Notes under the pieces: model-generated | Database searches by the model: none | Told to the model about the DNA's origin: nothing | Seen by the model: only the letters and a program-made list of their open reading frames with translations | Part shown: in pieces, positions 59,295-64,000 of the stretch | Numbering within the stretch: the stretch's first letter is position 1 | How the letters are laid out: the number at the start of each line of letters is the position of its first letter | Made by a program: the position numbers and the translations under genes | Source of the DNA: Nitrosopumilus sp. | Lineage (GTDB): Archaea > Thermoproteota > Nitrososphaeria > Nitrososphaerales > Nitrosopumilaceae | Direction of reading: 5' to 3' | DNA: 64,000 nt | Assembly: GCA_963662625.1 (NCBI GenBank) | Contig: OY759726.1 | Coordinates: 672,001-736,000 of the forward strand

Positions 59295-60728
59295 TTACAT
59301 CAGCGACACGTCGTGGGGCTGGCTTTCCGCGAACCCGGCCCTAGACATCTTGATGAACTCGGCGTTTGCCTGCATCTGCGGGATGGTGTGGGCGCCGCAG
59401 TAGCTCAGCCCGGAGCGGATGCCGCCCGTCAGCTGCTTCAGCATGTCGGTGACCGTCCCCTTGTAGGGGACCATCGCCTCCACGCCCTCGGCCACGTAGT
59501 CGTTGAGGTCGTCGTCAAGGGAGATCGTCCCGGTCTCCTTTGACTTCCTCCCGATGGAGGCCGCCAGGGACGCCATCCCGCGGTAGACCTTGAAGCGCTT
59601 TCCGTTCTTTGTCAGCACCATTCCGGGCGACTCGTCGGTCCCGCCCAGCATGCTCCCAACCATCACGCTCGAGGCGCCGGCTGCCAGCGCCTTCGTGGCG
59701 TCGCCGGAGTTCCTGGTGCCGCCGTCGGATATTATCGGGATGCCGCTGTCGTTGCCCACCCGGGCGCAGTCCACCACGGCGGTAAGCTGGGGCACGCCGG
59801 ATCCCGTGATGACGCGGGTGATGCAGATGGAGCCCGAGCCGACGCCGACCTTGACTGCGTCGACGCCAGCCTTGATCAGGTCGTCGGCCCCCCTGGCGGT
59901 GGCGACGTTCCCGGCAATCAGCTCGCAGCCGGGAAACGCCTTCTTTATGTTGCGCACGGTGTTGACCGCGTTCTCGCTGTGCCCGTGCGCAATGTCCACC
60001 ACCAGCACGTCCGCCCCGGCGTCCAGGATGGCCTCGGCCCTCTCCAAAAAGTCCCCCTTCACGCCGACCGCCGCCCCCACTAGCGGGCGGCCCTTCCCGT
60101 CCTTGGAGGCGGACGGGTAGTCCTCCGTGTTCGTTATGTCCTTGGACGTGACCAGCCCCCTCGCGACCCCGGAGTCGTCCACCAGCGGGAGCTTCTCGAT
60201 CCTGTGCTTGTGGAGGATGCGCTTCGCCTCGTCAAGGGAGATGCCCGGCCTGGCGGTGACGACGTCCTTGGTCATGACGTCCCTGATCGGCGTGTCCATG
60301 TTCGACTCAAGCAGCAGGTCCCTGGCAGTGACTATCCCCACCAGCTTGGAGTCAGAGTCGGTCACCAGGATGCCCGAGATGCCCTTGTCCGTGGCATAGT
60401 CGATCGCGTCCAGGATGGCCTTGTCCTGGCCTATGGAGTACGGGTTCTCTATCATGACGCTGCCGGATCGCTTGACCTTGAGTACCTCGCTTACCTGCTC
60501 CCTGATGGTCAGGAACCTGTGGATGATCCCGATGCCCCCCGCCCGGGCCATCGCCACGGCCATGGCGGACTCTGTGACGGTGTCCATGTTGGCGCTTACT
60601 AGCGGTATGTTGATCGAGATGTTCCGCGACAGCCTTGTGCTCAGGTCCGTCTGGGTGCGGCTGGTGATGTCAGAATACTTGGGGACTAGGAGAACATCGT
60701 CAAACGTCAACCCCTCCCTGAATTCCAA
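59295..60728 (-). CDS. guaB: Inosine-5'-monophosphate dehydrogenase
   Basis: GLTFDDVLLVP, SANMDTVTE, CBS pair, VGVGSGSICITR, YRGMAS, AEGVE; TTG start at 60728. Confidence 0.96.
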   Translation of the reverse strand: MEFREGLTFDDVLLVPKYSDITSRTQTDLSTRLSRNISINIPLVSANMDTVTESAMAVAMARAGGIGIIHRFLTIREQVSEVLKVKRSGSVMIENPYSIGQDKAILDAIDYATDKGISGILVTDSDSKLVGIVTARDLLLESNMDTPIRDVMTKDVVTARPGISLDEAKRILHKHRIEKLPLVDDSGVARGLVTSKDITNTEDYPSASKDGKGRPLVGAAVGVKGDFLERAEAILDAGADVLVVDIAHGHSENAVNTVRNIKKAFPGCELIAGNVATARGADDLIKAGVDAVKVGVGSGSICITRVITGSGVPQLTAVVDCARVGNDSGIPIISDGGTRNSGDATKALAAGASSVMVGSMLGGTDESPGMVLTKNGKRFKVYRGMASLAASIGRKSKETGTISLDDDLNDYVAEGVEAMVPYKGTVTDMLKQLTGGIRSGLSYCGAHTIPQMQANAEFIKMSRAGFAESQPHDVSLM

Positions 60729-60852
60729 GCTAAACCTTGTAAAGAATGCCCCGGATGGATTATAAGCCTTTGTTTCCGGCATGCCGGGCGCGCGGCCGCC
60801 GGGGCCGGGAAACGTCCGCTTCCTTTAAACAAAATCAGGACGGGGGGTCATC

Positions 60853-61650
60853 ATGGCTAAGAAGATTCATCAGGATGGCAGGAGGGGCAGGAAGGGCCCC
60901 GCCCGCGCGGGAAGGCCGGAGTTGGTGTATTTTGATACCAACGTGTGGGTCAAGTTGATGCTCAAGGCAGAATACGCCGGGATCCGGGACGTGCCGGATG
61001 CCGTGCGTGACGAGGTGTACAGCGTGCCGGACCACCTGCTGGACAGGCTAAAGCCCGGAAAGAGGTGCGTGGTCATAACCGACTGGCTGCGCGCAGAGGC
61101 GATGGGCGTGCTGCGGAAGACCCTTACCAAGATGGAGGAGTACGGCGGCAGCGAGCCAAAACGCATCAGGAGGGTGCAGGCAGCGGTAGAGGTCAAGGTG
61201 CGGCGGCGCCTGGAGGAGGACATGGAGTCCCTGGTGCGTTCGGGCAAGGCCGTCTACAAGAGGCCGGGCGTAAACTCGGCCGACCTGCACGCAAAGACCG
61301 TGAAAAGCATGGGGAAGGACGTCGGCTGGCGCATAAGGGTGGCCAACACGTGCCCCGAGTGCGAGAGGCGCCTGGGACGGGAGGACAATGGCGTGTGCCC
61401 GCACTGCATGGAGCAGATCACGCCCAACATGTCCTACGAGTGCCGCGCGCTGGAGTGCGAGGACTGGGTGCACGCGGTCGTCGCGGAGGCATGCGGCGTG
61501 AGGCTGTTCTACACCTTCGACAAGGGCTTCCGCAAGCCCCACGATGACGGGAAGTTCGGGTTCAAGGTCAAGGTGCTCAAGGAGAAGGCGGCGGGGCGCC
61601 AAAACGTGGACGCCGCCGGGGGAGGAGGGGGGTCCGGCCAGGATGCGTAG
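60853..61650 (+). CDS. PIN-domain protein with inserted zinc ribbon
   Basis: VYFDTNVW, E in LRAEA, DWVHAVVA, FYTFDKGF; CPEC...CPHC insert. Confidence 0.78.
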   Translation: MAKKIHQDGRRGRKGPARAGRPELVYFDTNVWVKLMLKAEYAGIRDVPDAVRDEVYSVPDHLLDRLKPGKRCVVITDWLRAEAMGVLRKTLTKMEEYGGSEPKRIRRVQAAVEVKVRRRLEEDMESLVRSGKAVYKRPGVNSADLHAKTVKSMGKDVGWRIRVANTCPECERRLGREDNGVCPHCMEQITPNMSYECRALECEDWVHAVVAEACGVRLFYTFDKGFRKPHDDGKFGFKVKVLKEKAAGRQNVDAAGGGGGSGQDA

Positions 61651-62274
61651 GCGCCCTATGCGGCCTGCCGCCGGGACCAAAAAACCCCGCGGGATCTGGG
61701 GCGTCGCGCCCCGCGTCCGCGGCTGGCGCGTGGCCCGTCCCGCGATCCCCGTCGCCGCGAAGCCCGCCCCCCCCCCCGGAATTCGCAAGGACCAATCATG
61801 CGCAACGCCTAATAATTCGGCCGGCCAAGTACCGGCATGGCACATAGCGCTAACGTTACAAAGAGCAAGGGGAAGGGCGGGTGGCCGTCCAAGAACCCCG
61901 GCAAGCCGTCAGGCGGCGGCAGGGACAACAACTAGGGCCCCGCCCGCCATTCTTTTTTTTTGCAAGCCAGCGCGGCGCCCGCCGCGGGGTCTCCCGGATC
62001 TCCGGCGCGGGCTGTGCGTTTTGCGTCATCCCTGCAAACCGTTTCGTCGGCGCCCATGCCCGCGCGCACCGCCAAGGGGCATTCCGTGCTGTTTTTAGGA
62101 TCTGCGTGGGCCAGGGCGCGGCGTTTTGCGGCATCCCGGGGGCGATCCTCCCCTACGCACGGCCGGCCCCCCGCGAGCCCCCGTGCCGGGGGCCCGGGCG
62201 CGGGAGCCGGGGAATCGCCCCTGGCGCGCCGCCGAAGTAATATTAAAAAGGGGATGGATCGATACCCAATCTGA

Positions 62275-63903
62275 ATGGCATCGATTCAGCAGGGCCCGAA
62301 CGGGCCGGTACTGGTCCTAAAGGAGAGCGCCCTGCAGCAGAAGGGCAAGGACGCCCAGCAGAACAACATCACGGCCGCGAAGCTGGTGGCCGACCTGGTG
62401 CGCAGCAGCCTAGGGCCGCGCGGCCTTGACAAGATGCTGGTGGACTCGCTAGGCGACGTCACCATCACGAACGACGGCGCCACCATCCTCAAGGAGATCG
62501 ACGTGCAGCACCCCGCCGCCAAGATGATGGTCGAGATCTCGAAGACCGTGGACAACGAGGTGGGGGACGGCACGACGTCGTCGGTGGTATTCGGCGGGGC
62601 CCTGCTCGCCAGGGCCGAGGAACTGCTCAAGAAAGACGTCCACTCGTCGGTAATCGTCGAGGGGTACCAGGCGGCGGCCGAAAAGACGCTCGAGATTTAC
62701 GCCAAGCTGGCCAAGAAGATAGAGCCCGACGACCGCGGGTCGCTCCTGAAGATCGCCAACACCAGCATGCAGTCGAAGCTGATCTCGGAGGACGGCGACG
62801 CGATATCCAAGATCGTGGTCAACGCGATCCTGGAGGTGGCCACGAAGCAGGCAAGCGAGTACGCGGTGGACCTAGACAACATAAAGGTGGAGAAGAAGGC
62901 CGGCGGCTCCATCCAGGACACGCAGGTGGTCAGGGGGATAGTCTTGGACAAGGAGATAGTCCACAGCGCGATGCCCACGAGGATCGAGAAGGCGAAGATC
63001 GCGCTGCTGAACGCGGCGCTGGAGATAGAAAAGACCGAGATGAGCTCGGAGATAAGGATTACCGACCCGACCCAGATGCAGATGTTCCTCGAGGAGGAGA
63101 ACAGGCTGCTAAAGTCAATGGTCGACCAGATTCACGACGTCGGGGCCAACGTGCTGATCTGCCAGAAGGGGATCGACGACATCGCGCAGCACTACCTCTC
63201 AAAGCACGGCATAATGGCGGTCCGCCGCGTCAAGGAGAGCGACATGATCAAGCTCTCAAAGGCCACAGGCGGGCGCGTCACCACCAGCCTCGACGACCTC
63301 ACCGAGGGCGACCTCGGCGTGGCCGACCTGGCGCACCAGAAGAAGGTAGAGTCCGACAAGTGGGTGTTCATAGAGGGGTGCAGGCACCCCCAGTCCGTGA
63401 CCCTCCTGATCAGGGGCGGATCCCAGCGGGTGATCGACGAGGTGGACCGCTCGATCCACGACTCGCTCATGGTGGTCAAGGACGTCATAGAAAAGCCGGA
63501 GATCGTCGCGGGCGGAGGCGCCCCCGAGTCGTACGCTGCGGCCCAGCTGAAGGACTGGGCAGACAGCTTCGACGGCCGGCAGCAGCTCGCGATAAAAAAG
63601 TACGCCGAGGCGCTTGAGACCATCCCGCTCACCATAGCGGAGAACGCCGGGATGGACCCCATCGACACGATGGCCAACCTCAGGGCCAAGCAGAACCAGG
63701 GCCACAAGTGGACCGGCATAGACGCGAGGCACACCAAGATAGAGGACATGCTCTCGATCGACGTCATCGAGCCCATTGCGGTAAAGGAGCAGATCATAAA
63801 GTCGGCCACCGAGGCAGCTTGCATGGTCCTGCGCATCGACGACGTCATCGCGGTGTCCGGCGAGCCCTCTGGCGGCGGCCCCCCCGCCCCGCCGATGGGC
63901 TAG
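62275..63903 (+). CDS. ths: Thermosome (group II chaperonin) subunit
   Basis: SSLGPRGLDKML, TNDGATIL, GDGTTS, VAGGGAPE, LRIDDVI. Confidence 0.96.
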   Translation: MASIQQGPNGPVLVLKESALQQKGKDAQQNNITAAKLVADLVRSSLGPRGLDKMLVDSLGDVTITNDGATILKEIDVQHPAAKMMVEISKTVDNEVGDGTTSSVVFGGALLARAEELLKKDVHSSVIVEGYQAAAEKTLEIYAKLAKKIEPDDRGSLLKIANTSMQSKLISEDGDAISKIVVNAILEVATKQASEYAVDLDNIKVEKKAGGSIQDTQVVRGIVLDKEIVHSAMPTRIEKAKIALLNAALEIEKTEMSSEIRITDPTQMQMFLEEENRLLKSMVDQIHDVGANVLICQKGIDDIAQHYLSKHGIMAVRRVKESDMIKLSKATGGRVTTSLDDLTEGDLGVADLAHQKKVESDKWVFIEGCRHPQSVTLLIRGGSQRVIDEVDRSIHDSLMVVKDVIEKPEIVAGGGAPESYAAAQLKDWADSFDGRQQLAIKKYAEALETIPLTIAENAGMDPIDTMANLRAKQNQGHKWTGIDARHTKIEDMLSIDVIEPIAVKEQIIKSATEAACMVLRIDDVIAVSGEPSGGGPPAPPMG

Positions 63904-63928
63904 GGCGCGCACGATTTTCGCGTTGCCA

Positions 63929-64000
63929 ATGCACAGGATCGGCATCGACCTGGGCGGCACGAAGACCGAGGGCATCCTGCTCGACGGGTCCCTCGGGGTT
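63929..64000 (+). CDS. ROK-family protein (partial)
   Basis: MHRIGIDLGGTKTEG. Confidence 0.8.
   Translation, partial: MHRIGIDLGGTKTEGILLDGSLGV

Overview
Archaeal chromosomal segment. Gene content and protein sequences point to a high-GC Nitrosopumilaceae-like thaumarchaeon; the giant surface protein and heavy IS load resemble host-associated lineages (inference). Housekeeping blocks sit at both ends: hisD-hisG-hmgA, a PQQ dehydrogenase, tRNA-iMet, tiaS, dph2 and a Zn-ADH on the left; csl4-pheA, guaB, thermosome and a ROK gene on the right. Between them is a ~45 kb accessory region containing a 2421-aa Ig-repeat/solute-binding surface protein, many IS elements and remnants (ISH3, IS630, IS66, IS481, IS5, two IS110 families), tRNA-Leu(TAA), and a lower-GC cluster of defence/TA-like genes (AbiV, HEPN, RelE, DprA+PRTase, HipA-like kinase+DUF3037, AbiE-like pair, ParB+PAPS-reductase module, nucleases). 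The strongest finding is an archaeal IS110 element inserted three times at the same TG dinucleotide inside the terminal inverted repeat of an IS5-family element. Its upstream non-coding end carries two tandem hairpin+7-nt modules that match the target flank and the donor flank, as expected for a bridge/seek RNA. Decayed IS copies also show a strongly one-directional A:T to G:C substitution pattern. All family assignments come from motif recognition by eye, not database searches.
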